Assembly: GCA_050084985.1 (NCBI GenBank)
Contig: JBITNC010000001.1
Span: 152,272,001 to 152,336,000, forward strand
DNA from: Nageia nagi
Taxonomy: Eukaryota; Plantae; Pinophyta
Length of the DNA: 64,000 bases
Reading direction: 5' to 3'
A program made the position numbers and the translations under genes. Positions 13,360-26,639 of the stretch are shown one piece after another (position 1 is the first letter of the stretch; every line of letters starts with the position of its first letter). Below the pieces are notes generated by a model. The model saw only the letters and a program-made list of their open reading frames with translations, did no database searches and was not told where the DNA came from.

Positions 13360-13600
13360 ACAAGTTTCTCACGTAGAGCAAACTTACCACAAAGGTATAA
13401 AATGTACAAGAAGTTCCTCACACAGAGCGAACTTACCATGGAGGTATAAAATGTACAACAAGTTTCTCATGCAAAGCAAACTTGCCACGGAGGTATAAAA
13501 AATTGTACAATAAGTTTCTCACGCAGAGCAAACTTACGATGGAGGTATAAAATGTACAAGAAGTTCCTCACACAGAGCGAACTTACCACGGAGGTATATC
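13360..13600. repeat. ~50-bp tandem repeat, 5 copies, in the Copia-2 3' region
   Basis: CTCAC.CAGAGC.AACTTACC..GGAGGTATAAAATGTACAA recurs with a period of ~49-53 bp. Confidence 0.9.
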
Positions 13601-13668
13601 ATAATCAACACTATATAATAGCAAAAAAAGAGCCTCTTAGAGGTGAAGTTGTCATTACTAACAAAAGT

Positions 13669-16600
13669 TCAAACTTCACTCCCCCTTGAGGGCAACTTCA
13701 CCAACCCGAGAGAATCCCTAAGCTTGCTAAACTGAGCTTCAGGAAGGGGCTTGGTGAATAAATTAGTAGAGTTTACAGCATATGGACAATACTCCAAGTG
13801 TATGATGTCATCTAGAACCTTCTCCTTGATAAAATGGGCTTAGATTTCCACATGTTTGGTTCTCTGATGGAACACAGGATTCTTAGCCAAAGAGATAGCC
13901 GATTGATTGTCTGAAGAAATAAGAGATGGGCCATTTTGCTCATACCCAATTTTATTCAGAAGATGCCTCAGCCAAATAGCTTCCTGGGCAACAACAGACA
14001 TGGCTCGATATTCGAATTTGGTGGTAGAAAGAGTCACAGTAGGTTGCTTCTTGGAAGCCCAAGAGATAGCACCTGAACCAATGCTGAACACATATGTAGA
14101 GGTTGATTTTCTGTCATCTTTATCTCCCCCATAATCAGAATCTGAGAACCCAAAGAGAATAATCAAGGGCACTTTGGAATACTTAAGAGCAAGATCCTTT
14201 GTCCCTACCACATACCTCAAGATTTACTTAACAGCATTGAGGTGCTCAACATATGGTTTTTGCATGAATTATGCCATCAGATTCATTGCAAAGGCAATAT
14301 CAAGTTGAGAGATAGTCAGATATAGAAGACTACCGATCAATTGCCTATAAGCTGTAGCATCAACCAACTGAGAATCTAAGCTTAGAGATATAATGATTCC
14401 AGGAGAAACAGGTATTACAGCATATCTACACTCCTCCATTCCAAACTTTTGCAAGATGTCTGATATATACTTAGATTGACTAAGATAAGTACAATCTTTA
14501 TGTTGGTATACTTGCATCCCAAGATAGTAATGCAATAGACCTAGATCAGTCATTTCAAATGTTGCCTTCAGTTTGGATATGCACTCTTGGATGATTTCAA
14601 TATTATTGCCAGTTATGAGAAGATCATCCACATAAAAGAGAATTAAGACCACATCTTTTCTTTTATTGAGTACATAGAGATCTGAGTCAGAGAAGCATTT
14701 GGAAAAACCAATATCTGCAAGGAATCCTAAAATTTTCTTATACCATGCTCTAGGTGCTTGCTTAAGTCCATACAAAGACTTCTTTAGCTTGCACACAAAA
14801 GACTCTTTACCTTCTGGAATAAATCCTTCTGGTTGATTCATGTAGATTTCTACATCTAAGTCACCATTGAGAAATGCACTCTTGACATCAAGTTGAAAAA
14901 CTTTCCATCCTTGAGCTGCAGAAAGAGCAAGGATTATCCTCATAGTAGGCATCTTGGCCATAGGACCAAAGGTTTCCTCATAATCAATACCATATTTCTG
15001 AGCGAATTCTTTGGCCACTAACCTTGCTTTGTATTTTTCAATTTCTCCATCAGAATTGTACTTGACCTTGTATATCCATTTATTTCCAATCACATTTTTC
15101 TCATTGGGATAAGGAACCAAATCCCAAGTTTTATTTTTCATGAGCACCTCATACTCAACTTTTATAGCTTCTATCCAACACTCTTGCTTGGAAGCTTCTT
15201 TGAAGGATGATGGCTCATTCGTATTATCGATTTTGGCAAATAAAGATTTATTCAAGGTCATACTCCTTGTAATTCTCTGAGCTAGAGAATTTTGCTCTTG
15301 TGGTGACTTCCCTACATTATCATCCAACCAGTTAGGTGCAGGCGAAGAATCATCTGAATCAGACACCTCAGCATGAGAAGTCATATCCTCAGGAAGTTCA
15401 TTGAACTTGACATCCTTATAAATAAAGACTATTTTATGGGATGAGTAGAGCCTGTAACCTCTATGTTGATTATCATACCCCACAAAGATGCATTTTTTTG
15501 ATCTTTTATCCAACTTCTTTCTTTTCTCTGAGGTAATGAAGGCAAATGCATCACAATCAAAGACCCTAAAGTGTGAGATGTTAGGTTTCTTTCCTGTCCA
15601 TGCTTCATACAGAGTTTTACCTTCAACTGCTTTAGTAGGACACCTATTCAGGGTGTGAATAGCAATGTGAACAGCTTCACCCCATAAGAAACTAGGAAGG
15701 TTACCCAACATGCACCTTGCCATTTCCATAATGGTTCGATTCTTCCTTTCAACAACTCCATTTTGTTGAGAGATGTAAGGGATTGTGAATTACCACTTGA
15801 TCCCATGTTTAACACAATAGTCGTTAAACTCATTGCTATTATACTCACCCCCATTATCAGATCTCAGCATCTTGATCTTAAAATTAGTTTGATTTTCAAT
15901 AAGAGCCTTGAAGTCTTTAAACCTGTCAAAAGTTTGATCCTTATGCTCAAGTAGATAACCAAATGTCATCCTGCTAAAGTCATCAATGAAGGTCAGAACA
16001 TAAGAAGCTCCCCCTAGAGACTTAGTCTGAAATGGACCCATCAAATCTGAATGCACAAGCTGAAGAGGAAAAGTAGCTCGAGTTGCCTTATCTTTTTCAA
16101 ACTTTTGCCTATTCATCTTTCCTATAATGCACCTTTCATAGAGACCAATTATGGGTGAAATATTAGGTAAACCTTCCACAAGTTCTTGATTTTTCATATC
16201 TTGAATACTCTTGTGGTTAAGGTGCCCTAATCGTTGATGCCAAATATTACCCTTTGAACAAACATTTACAGCAAGACACATCTTTGAAGGAACTTGATCC
16301 ACAATATAAAGGTCATCCTTTACTGATCCTTTCATCAAGGTGGTAAGTCCTTTCTTAACACACTAGGAGTGTGAGGTAAACTCAAATGAGTATCCTTTCC
16401 TTGTAATCTGAATTACAGAGATAAGATTCATCTTTAGTTTAGGCACATAAAAGACATTATCAAGAACCTTTCCATGAATCTTCACACTCCCTATTCCTTG
16501 AACATCAAGGACTGAATTATCACCTATCACAACTGCATCCTTCTTGTACTTATGAAAGTTTTCAAACTTATCCTTTTCATAACACGTGATTAGTGCATCC

Positions 16601-17581
16601 TGAATCAACAATCCAATCATTTGAAATAGTTTGAGTCACTGAGTAGTAGGCAACAGTAGCAGCATGCTTGTTCTTCTTTTTATGATTGAAATTTTTCACA
16701 TTTGCATTTCCCTTACCTTTTTCAACAAATTTCTTTTTACGATAATCATACTCTTTGTGACCAAAGATGCCACAAAAGCTACAATTTCCATCAAACTTTT
16801 CCTTAGGTTTTGGATTGCTTGATCCAGCTTTGTCATTCCTTTGCTTGAAGTTGCCATTATTGTTGCCCTTTTTCTCATGCTTCCTGAAGGTAGATGAGGA
16901 TTTGTTATCTTTGAATTTATAATGTTTTAACTTCTTTTTGAAAGGAGTTTTGGTTGCTCCTAGAGGAATGCTTTTATCCTTTGGAGAAAAGTTCAACATT
17001 TTCTTATTCAAAGTTTTCTCATGCTTTAGAAGGAGTTTAGAAAGGTTATCAAGAGAGATGACATCCTCTTCATCATCTAGCCTAGTTTCCATAACCATGA
17101 CAAAGTTACTAAACTTTGTAGAAAGGCTTTGAAGAATGATGAAGACCATGAACTCATCATTGATCTAGTTGCACCCACAGCCAACCAGTTGTGTCCTAAG
17201 GTCAATGATTTTGGTTAAGTAAATAGAAGCACTTTCATCTTCACCTTGACGATATTGCAATAACTTTTGTAAAATAGTGAACCTCCTTGAAAATTTTGAC
17301 CCAAGGTAAATTTTCTTCAGCCTATACCAAGCTTCCTTTGCTAATGTTGAAGAAGAGATCATGAGAAGTACGTCATTTGAAACTGCATGATAAATCATTG
17401 AAGTTGCTAACTCATTCTTTGAGTTGTAGATTTCAAGAGCCTTCTCATCTGTAGGAGCGACCAAGTCTTCATTAACTGTCTGCCATAGCTTCCTTACTTG
17501 TAACTCAGCTTTCATACAAGGTTCCCATATGCCGAAGTTAGAACCATCGAGTATATGCTTGGGTATGAAGGTTTCAACCAT
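13669..17581 (-). pseudogene. Copia-2 gag-pol polyprotein (gag, CCHC knuckle, PR, INT, RT, RH) with 5 in-frame stops and 1 frameshift
   Basis: Motifs MVETFIPKHILDGSNF, CSFCGIFGHKEYDY, WIVDSGCTNH, WHQRLGH, LVHSDLMGP, RSDNGGEY, QLDVKSAFLNG, SLYGLKQAPRAW, YVDDLLI, SDSDYGGD, RTKHVEI. Stops at ~17165, 16363, 15790, 14269 and 13840; frameshift at ~16590. Confidence 0.96.
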
Positions 17582-19245
17582 TGCTACACAAAAGTAAATA
17601 AGCAAGAAGAATGAATAAATTTCTAAATTTACCATCTATACAAATCAAACATTGATAAGTAAACATGTCCCACATGTGCAAACTTATAAACCAAGATCCG
17701 TAGAAGGATAAAGTTGAGGTTATTTTCTTGTATAGAATTAGGCCTTCACCTGGATGCCCGCAAAGTGGAGCCCAAGTACTACCAATCCTCAACCAGTTCA
17801 CCTTGGTTAGTAATATACTCTCTCAAGGAGAAGTACCAACTATTTTCCAAGGATTCGACGTATCTTGGACCGACCATTTTAATTATCTTGTTTAAGGTTT
17901 TCAAGTTTTCCTCCTAGGTTATCAAGATAATCCTTGAATGGATGTGCGGACATGTGGTATCACTACACACATGCCTGTCCACCTAATAGAGTTATGTCCA
18001 ATCCAACAGAGGTCTTAGGGGCAATTAAGATGGATTTACCACCACTTGGTTCTTCGAACTAAAAAGGCTCCAGTTTGCCCTATCCTCACCTTGTGGCTCC
18101 CCAAACAAGTCATGTTATGGAAAAGTACATGCAGATGTGTTCATTTTAGGGGTTACTTTCAATATTTTGCATTTTGCAAGTATAAAGAAATTATACAAAA
18201 ATATAAAGTAAAGTATTAAAAATACATCATCCACATGAACTTGAAATATAAGAGTCCAATGGGTTTTGTACTAACTCCTAAAGGACATTCTTACATTTTG
18301 CATACTTGCTCAAGTTCATAAATTCATTCAACACTTTAATGAATTTAAAAGGGCTAAGTCCTACTTAGCATTAATCCATAACTTAAAAAATTAAACATGA
18401 ATTATTCCATAACTTAAAAATTAAGTAATAAACATGCTTTATTCTTACACAAGATTAAGAGGCATGCATTACAAATTTAGCATGCAAGATCTAGATAAAG
18501 TTTTAAGTAAAAAAAAACTATACAAATTCCCCCCTTTTTTTACTTAAAGTTTTATCCCTAAAACTTGTATGCTAAAATTGTCTTTTAAGTATGCATTTAT
18601 ATTTTAAGTAAAAAATTTTCCTTGTTTACTTAAAAAATAGCATAGGTTTCCCTTTTAGGAAACATGAAATCATTAAAAAATACTTAGGTAAAAAAATCCC
18701 TTAAAGTGTTAATTTTACACTAATATTTATCATTTTACCTAAGTAAATTGCCAAACTTAAAAGTATTTAAGGCAAATAAAAAAAATATACTCCTAAAGAA
18801 TTAACTTTATTTGCCACATTTTTTAAAAAATTGGATAGCATTGAAGAGTAATGATGTATCTACTTACTTTAAAGTATTATAGTCATCATGATAATGCTTA
18901 AAGTTGGAGTATAAGTACTTCTAAGTGCATTTAATAGGAACAAATGACTTGTAAGCAAGCAAAAATATCAAATGCCTACCAAAAAGTATACGTTTGCTTC
19001 TTGGGAGCTTGCAAGTATTAATGAAAAGAAAGGAGACCTATGCATAGTTAATGCTACTTTTACCTCAAGCACTCCAAGTAAACAAAAAAGTACTCCAAGT
19101 CAAAAAAAAAAATGCTTTTAGGTAAAATAGTGATGGCTACCCTTCCCTTACCAAGAAGGAGAATACGTTTCTTGTTTGTGCATTTAATTTTTTTTTTAGA
19201 GAGAATGCAGTGTTCGTTGTTTACTATATTGACTCGGGGTTGCAG

Positions 19246-19764
19246 CTTATTCTGTAGTGGGTGATAGGAATCATTGTGCTTGTGTTTTGTTTCCTCAATT
19301 GGAGTCGCTTTCATTTGGAGATCATGTTGAAACTGGGCAGCAGTTTCACTTTGGTGGCATTTGTTGTTGTAGTTGCATCTTGCACTGTACTGGCTATGGT
19401 TGCCACACTCCCTCTTGCATAGCTCTTCTTCTTCCATGTTTTTCTTATGAAAAAGGGTCTTAGCATGTATGATTACATTATAGCAATGAGAGAGCAGGAA
19501 CAGGCAAACTTAGAAGGAATGCAAAGTCCACAGATGTCTACTGTGAGTTCTGCTACAGCTATAAGCAGTGCAAGTTCTGTTAGTGCTTTACATCAAGGAG
19601 CATGGTGCACACTACCACATCTCTTCATGGAAGATCAGTTTTATGTGTTGAGACCAGAAGGAGCTATGTATTCCCTTGAGAGAGGCAATAAGCATGCTAA
19701 TAGGAAGCAAGGTGGAAGGATGGGGCAAAGGAATAGTGGGTCAGTAAGGATTAGTCCTTGGAGG
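19246..19764 (+). pseudogene. Captured fragment of a DHHC protein S-acyltransferase (PAT22-like) inside the Copia-2 leader, antisense to the element
   Basis: One frame reads LIL*WVIGIIVLVFCF...KLGSSFTLVAFVVVVASCTVLAMVATLPLA*LFFFHVFLMKKGLSMYDYIIAMREQEQ...QSPQMSTVSS...SSASS...HQGAWCTLPHLFMEDQF...VRISPW. This matches from memory the post-DHHC transmembrane and C-terminal part of plant PAT22-type proteins. Two TAG stops (19255, 19420) sit at expected Gln (CAG) codons. Confidence 0.88.
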
Positions 19765-20742
19765 TGGAGATTTACAGTGGAAAGTTCACTGTGGTGCGTT
19801 TGGTGATGGGAGCAGCGTTGCCTGGGTTGGATATCATTCGACCATTGCAGTCCATAAGATTGCATTTTGGTGAGGCATTCTTAAGAAGTTCCTGGAGTTT
19901 GGTACAAAAGTGCTATGTGCATGCAAGGTTTAGAGGCCCAAAATCAGCAAAAAATGGTTCAGACACTAACTCATTATCCACACTAAAGCAAATGGTGGGG
20001 CATGGAAACCACTCGACCTTGAGATCTTCCTATTTTTTTTAACACCCAAATATAGCAATGCCATCATAAGTGTGGTCAATGAAATTGTGTATTACAAAAA
20101 TACCCAATAACATAAAATACTACACCTCCACGAATTGGAATAAAGGCAAAACAATGGAGGTGAGGTTGAATTGTATCACTCACTCTCTGCGTTGTATTGT
20201 TCTCATTATTCTATATAGAGAATCAGATTACCACATGATTTTCTATGCATATGCACATGGATCAAACCCACAACAGCCATAACAATAATAGAGGACAAAG
20301 GGGGCACCAGAGGATAGCCAATGGAGGGAGACCAAAGTTAGCAATGGAGGTGAGCGGTAGAATATTTTTAGAAGATGTGTAATGATTTTTAGAAGGTCAC
20401 GCTAGTTTGCATGATTTTTGCAACCACGAGGGCAAAAGCAAATGGCAAGGAGGGCCATGAGAGAAGAGACCAATCAAAGACTAGCAAGAGGCAGAGATGA
20501 AGTGCTAGTGCAATGGGTTTTGAGAAGGAGAAGAGCAGCACAGAGAGCATATGTTTTTGAAAGGGAGAAACCCAATAGATAAACCCAACAATTTTGGAGT
20601 AGCCACGCAGTAAAAAAATTGCTCCAGGGGCTTCTATTATGTTTTACCTCAATAATGTAAGAAGATGAGAAATGGAGACCTCCAAATTGAAGAAGTTTCA
20701 AAGAATGTTAAAGGAGCTTCCACACCAAGCTCTGATACCAAT

Positions 20743-21231
20743 TGAAGGAATTAGATCTACACTAATCATCAAGGTCCAAGACTATAGGAAACTTAATCAT
20801 TCAACATCTACAAGCTAATAACACCATTCACACAAGATAACACCAATATAAGTGGTTCCTCCCTCCTTGGGAGTACATCCACAACTAGATCTCAATTCTC
20901 AAGCTATGCACCCTCTTACTACAATTCCTTTCTCTCCTACACAAACTAGTAGAGTAATCTTACTCAAAATCTAAGTTATATTACAAGAGGAGAGGCCCTC
21001 TATTTATAGCATGAGAGCACCTCCCTAACCTCCCTTTAACCCAAGGGTAAGGTTAGGGTTACAATAAATATATTACTTAACTTTAACCTACCAACTAACC
21101 ACTTAGAAAGGTCAAAGTTTACATAATAAAGAATTCAATTAATCCCTTAAGGTATCTAAATATCCTTTAAGTGATTAATTAAATTTACAAGGAGTTTAGA
21201 TATTCACAATATTTCATTACAAATTCTAACA
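20743..21231 (-). repeat. 5' LTR of Copia-2
   Basis: Direct repeat of 12285-12772, adjacent to the PBS. Confidence 0.96.
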
Positions 21232-22016
21232 CCAAATACATATATTAGATCTAATTTTTAAATACTACTAACATGTAACTAAGGTAAAATTTTACCTTAG
21301 ATTTTAGCTTATTATTTTTAAGATAAAACATGTTAGTATAGATATCAAATTTCAACTTCAAAATAAGAAATTAAAATGGACTAACCATTGAAGTTTCAAA
21401 TAAAAATTGAAACAAGTTTAGAGAATAAACATATACCTTTAAATTTTAAGAGAGTTATCTCAAATTTCCAAGTGCAAGAATGGTGAAGAGAAGCCTCCAA
21501 GATGGCTCTAATACCAAATGACAGAATTGAAGGATTCCATACCCAAGATCACCTTGAAGGATTCCATACATCTTCAACAAAATTAACATATCTATATTAG
21601 GAACTCAACAATAAAACTATCACACAAAGTGACACGTAGATGTATAGTGGTTCCTCCATCTCTTGGGAGTACATCCACTTTAAACCATCTTTTCTATTAC
21701 TTCTCATAAGAGAACTCTTCTACAAATTCTCAAGAATTTTTCTATAAGAATTCTTCTACAAAACTCCTATGAGAGCATTCCTATAATTCTACAAGACTAG
21801 TATTTTCATGCTTCTTCAAGTGTGTCTTATGAGAGGAGGGTAACCCTTTATTTATAACATACAACCCTCTCTTTAACCACCCTTTTACCCAAGGGTTAAG
21901 TTAACATTTTCTAATATTTTATTTCCTTAATACTTAAGGTATCTAGATACCTTTAAGTATTTAGTAGGTTACATGAAAGAGAGGTATTATACAATAATGC
22001 ATTATAATTTCTAACA
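21232..22016 (-). mobile_element. 5' LTR, PBS and leader of a third Copia of the same lineage (Copia-3), into which Copia-2 inserted; the leader probably continues at ~11590-12284
   Basis: LTR ~21519/21528-22016 (rc starts TGTTAGAAATTATAATGCATTATTG). PBS rc gctctaatacca at 21505-21516. The downstream rc sequence cttggaggcttctcttcac matches Copia-1 at 1679-1697. Confidence 0.8.
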
Positions 22017-24148
22017 AAAGGTACCCCAAACATGTTTCAAAAGGAGTCTTATTTATAGAAATATGGACTACCATATTGTATGAATATTGAATGTAAAAAA
22101 GTTTCTCATCACTTATGTGACATGTTTAATTAAATTCAAGGATAAATGGGCCTATATAAATGATGGAATATTTTTTTATTATAATTACCTTTTAAAGGTG
22201 TGATTATCATCTTATATAGACATGGTAGTTATGTTTTCTTTTTTTTATTGTATATCATTTTGCCTATGAATAATGATGTGCATGATAGTGGTGGTTAAAT
22301 TCCCCATTATCATCAATGTAGAGCCCATGACCATTGATGATGATGATAGGGCATCATGGAAACTTCCATGATCCTATTTCAAATGGATCAAGTCATTGCT
22401 TATTTTCCTAATGACATTCTCTTCCTTTGGCATATGCATATGATCGAATATACCAAAAATATCTATCATAAACAGTAAGGTAGAGATTTTACAACATTTT
22501 TAGAAATTTTATATATAAATGTCTGGGCAAAGCATCACACATGATATTTTAAAATGTAATACATTCATGATATAAAAGTTTAAATATATTGTAAATAACT
22601 TTGTATAGTATATCTATAATTTTTATTAGTAGTTAGATATAAAATTTTACTTTTAAGTATTTATAATAATTATAAAAAATATAATAATAATTAAATAAAA
22701 AAGTAATATTAATTACTCATTATGATAAATAAAATTATAACAATATTATTTTTAATTCTTAAAAGTTTACACATGCAAAATAATATTTAGAATGCATATT
22801 TTATCTTATAATGTGTGATTTCTTTTATTTTGATATTATCATGTTTTTTGATATTTTAACTTTATGCAAAAATACTTTTGATAAGAAAAAAAATTATTAA
22901 CCATCATCAATTTCACAAGTGATGAGCAATGAAATTTGTATCTTGGTTAGCCTTCAAAGTGCGAATTTTGCTTAACATTACTTAATCCATATTCTTTGAA
23001 GAAATTGTGAGCTTATACCATGTTGTATGTTAAGGTGTTAAAATTACAAATAAATATTTATTTTGTCAGCATGTATTTCATAGATACATTATGAATGGAA
23101 GATAATTTTGGGTGTAAAAATTAGATTTGTGCTAATAGCTCCATGATTCAAGCAATTATATATAATGGAACATTATGCATTCTCTTAAAGACATTAGAAT
23201 AATGACTCTTCCACTATAAGAGATAATAAAATATTCTCAATGGTTTGCCTTAGGAACACATTCAATTTCATCATTATTTTTAATAATGTAGCTTTAAGCT
23301 GTGTAAAATATAAAAATCAACTCAAATATAATTTAATGTATCAAATTCAAAAAATAAAACATCTTTAGCTATATCTATATGCCTATATTAAATCAACTTT
23401 TCTCTAATTTAAAACATTCTAGTTATATATAGGGTAACTTAATCTTAGGATAATACTAAATTAGGCTAAGTTTCCATAAAATACATGTATCATATTACAT
23501 GACTTAGCAAACTAAGATGCAAATATTGATGCACTAGTAAGATAAGAAATTCCCATGTGATAATCAATACAAGACTCCAACAAACCAATTGTTATGGATA
23601 CAAGATTATTTTGATTGAGCTATCAGTTACTTGATTATATATATTATAGACCATGTAACAAATTAAAATTGTTAACTTGTAAGGAAGTATAAAGAACTTT
23701 CTAAAATATTGTATAATTCATGTTATTAAAATACATGTAACTATATACCTAAAATAACTTATCATACAACTAAGGAAATGATGAAAATAAAGGTACTAAG
23801 GAATAGTGGCTTAAGCTGGGCTTGATTACTGCTATTATATGTTGAAAGGTGGGTTCAAAGTAATCATCACCAAAAGATACCTAATTCAATATGCATTTTT
23901 TTCTTAAAAAATAAAGATGAATTACAACAAATATACCTTTGTTATATAATGCACCTTAAGTAGAATAAATATCTTCCCTTTTGAGGTAGAATTTATTTAG
24001 ACAGATTTAAATCATTGATGGAAACAAATATACCTTTGTTATAGATTGCACTTTAGCACAAACATAAAATCACATAAAAATATGCAACAAAAACATCACA
24101 AAAGTTACTTAACTTAGTTTTGTGTTCTTCATCACCTTTGTGTTTAGT

Positions 24149-25560
24149 TGTAAAGGCCTGTGTTGGAATTGAGCTCGATTTTTAGCTAACTTACATTTTT
24201 CAACTCTTTATTTTATAGACAACCTACATGGGGGCTAATCAATAAATGTATTCAATGTGTAGTGATTTGATCAGGTACAATCAATCAAGAGGAGATTGAT
24301 CATGCTAATTGATTAACTAATCACAAGATAGATTATAGCCAATTTGATCATGGCCAATTACGACTTCAGAGATGGGAAAAGTCTATTTTAGGGTTGGGAA
24401 CTCTCTCTTGGAGCTAATTTGATGTTTGAATTGAAGTTGTATTGGATGGAAAACCTAACACATGCAATTCCATTGTATTTTGGATCTAAATTAAGATTGT
24501 AATAAATCTCTATAAATATATTATACGATTCATTATAAAATAAGGAGAATGGAGTGAGAATTTGTAATAATGATTTGCATAGGTGTGAGAAATAAGAAGA
24601 GGAGGTAAATCCTTGTGAGAGAGACTATTGTAGTATGAGGATTCCTTGTTAAAACCAAAGCAAAATATAAAACAATATGGTTGTTTATTGTATCTCTTTA
24701 TGGCTTTGGAGTAATTGAATCAAATGATTGGATAATCATCATGGATGTAGCCCATATTGGGTAAACCATGTTATATGGTTTTCTTCCCTTATGTGATCTT
24801 GGTTGCTTGAATTTTCTTCTAGTTAAAAGTAGAGTAATTGTTTAACTATATTTTATATAGTGAATCTTAACAAGTGCTATCAGAGCTATTTCATCTGTTA
24901 GGTGCACTTGACATAAAGGTTGAAGGATTTATGATCGAGTGGGAGAAATGGAAAAATAAGGGAGCCAGGTTCATGGTGGAAAAAGGTCATATAGGGTGTT
25001 GTTATTATTGGAGGAAGGGACACTTAATAAGGGATTTTTACTCCAGGAAGGTAGATCAAAAATATGGCAATGAAGATAATAATAATGAGGCTAATATGGT
25101 TGGTGAGATTTTAGAAGATGATTTGATATTATATATTGATTTACATGACATGGTTATTAGGTTATATATTCATGTGATTCTTTCCATGCCACTTTTCATA
25201 GGAATATTTTATAGAATTTGGATAGATTAATTTGGGTACTAATGATCAACCATGCAAGATTGAGGTTATAGGGTATTGAGAATCAATGGGTGCTCAAGGA
25301 GGTGAGGCACATCCTTGATTTGAAAAGGAATCTCATTTTGATAATCAAACTTTATGATGAGGGATATATGGTTGCATTTGGTAATAAGACTTGGAAGGTG
25401 ACTAAGGGTTCCATAGTTGTTGCTAGAGGTGATATGGTTGGCATGTTATATTTGCTTACTAAAACTTCTAACCATGCTATATATTTAGCGCCTACAGGTG
25501 GGAATGTAGTCATGGTACATCACAAGTTTGGAAAATTGAAAAAGAATAAATTAGAATTTT
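24149..25560 (+). mobile_element. Truncated, decayed Copia element of a different lineage (LTR, PBS, gag/protease fragments)
   Basis: LTR-like ~24149/24161-24872 ending TAACA, with motif gatgtagccc..ttgggtaaacc. PBS tgctatcagagc at 24875-24886. Knuckle CYYWRKGHLIRDF and LKEVRHILDLKRNLI...DEGY...WKVTKGS. Confidence 0.8.
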
Positions 25561-26639
25561 AAATTCATTTTACAAGTGACAAACTCCTTAATTCTCAACT
25601 CATGATATCCAAATATTAGGTCTATTTAAAAATAAAATTATGGCCACCTCGAGTTGGTCAAACAAATTATTGATTCAAGGTAAAAGATATTTGTTCTTGA
25701 TGATTATCATTGAATTCACTTATTTGAAGTAGAGATACAACAAAAGATATTGTAAACAAAATTCAATGCACTCTATAATAAGTTTTGGGGGATCATCACC
25801 TAAAGTAATAATAAATGAAGATAATGTATGTCAACTTCTCTAATTAGTGATAAAATAATGATCAAGGTCATAGATTTTGGATGAAAAAATTATTTGAATG
25901 TTTTATTATATTTTTTTCATGTTTTGTAGCTTTTTATGTAATATTGTTGGAACTTTATTAGAACTTCTCTAGAAATTGTAGTATCTCTATTGCAATTCGC
26001 TAATAACTCATAGTTATATTTAGGGATCAAAATTGACAGGTATAACTAATTTTCAATATAAGGGTTCATTTTTTGGGCACTCTTGATTATTGACAGGTAA
26101 ATTTTTCTTTTACCTTTCAATTGGCATTTTTAGTTTTGCTTTTTCCTTTGTTATCCAAAGTAATTTTTTCTCATAATTTTCTTTGGCATATGCAATATAT
26201 CATTGAAATATGGTAAGTGAATGAATTCTTTCATAAGATTATTATATACACACATTGTAAAGAAAATTGATAATATATAAAATTAAGAAATAATTACAGC
26301 ATACTACCATAAAAGGCTAAATCAGAGAAGTCATCTCAAGCTCTTCATATAAAAAAGTTACAACAAAAAATCAAAATCTTTATATTTATGTAAGAATGAA
26401 TGAACTCTACAACTTAATAGAGAAAACAAAAAATATAAAACAATAATATTTTTCCCAAAATAATATCAATTTTATCAAACTTCCATTTTTTAAACTATCA
26501 TCAACTTAATTTCCCATACATCAGTAAAACCTTCATGTGCATGTTGTAAAAAAATAATCATCAAATAAATTGTTTGGATACAATAGTCATCAAAAGGATA
26601 ATCATTCATGAAATGATACAATAATTATTTAAATATCTA

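Larger units (their letters stand above)
12285..21231 (-). mobile_element. Full-length Ty1/Copia LTR retrotransposon (Copia-2), relatively young
   Basis: LTRs 12285-12772 and 20743-21231 differ by ~7 substitutions and 1 indel (~98%). Perfect 5-bp TSD CCAAA (12280-12284 / 21232-21236), PBS TGGTATCAGAGC (rc at 20729-20740), PPT rc at 12773-12783. Confidence 0.98.

Noticed and set aside
19060-19437. 125-aa minus-strand ORF
   Set aside because: Antisense shadow of the PAT transmembrane-coding fragment.
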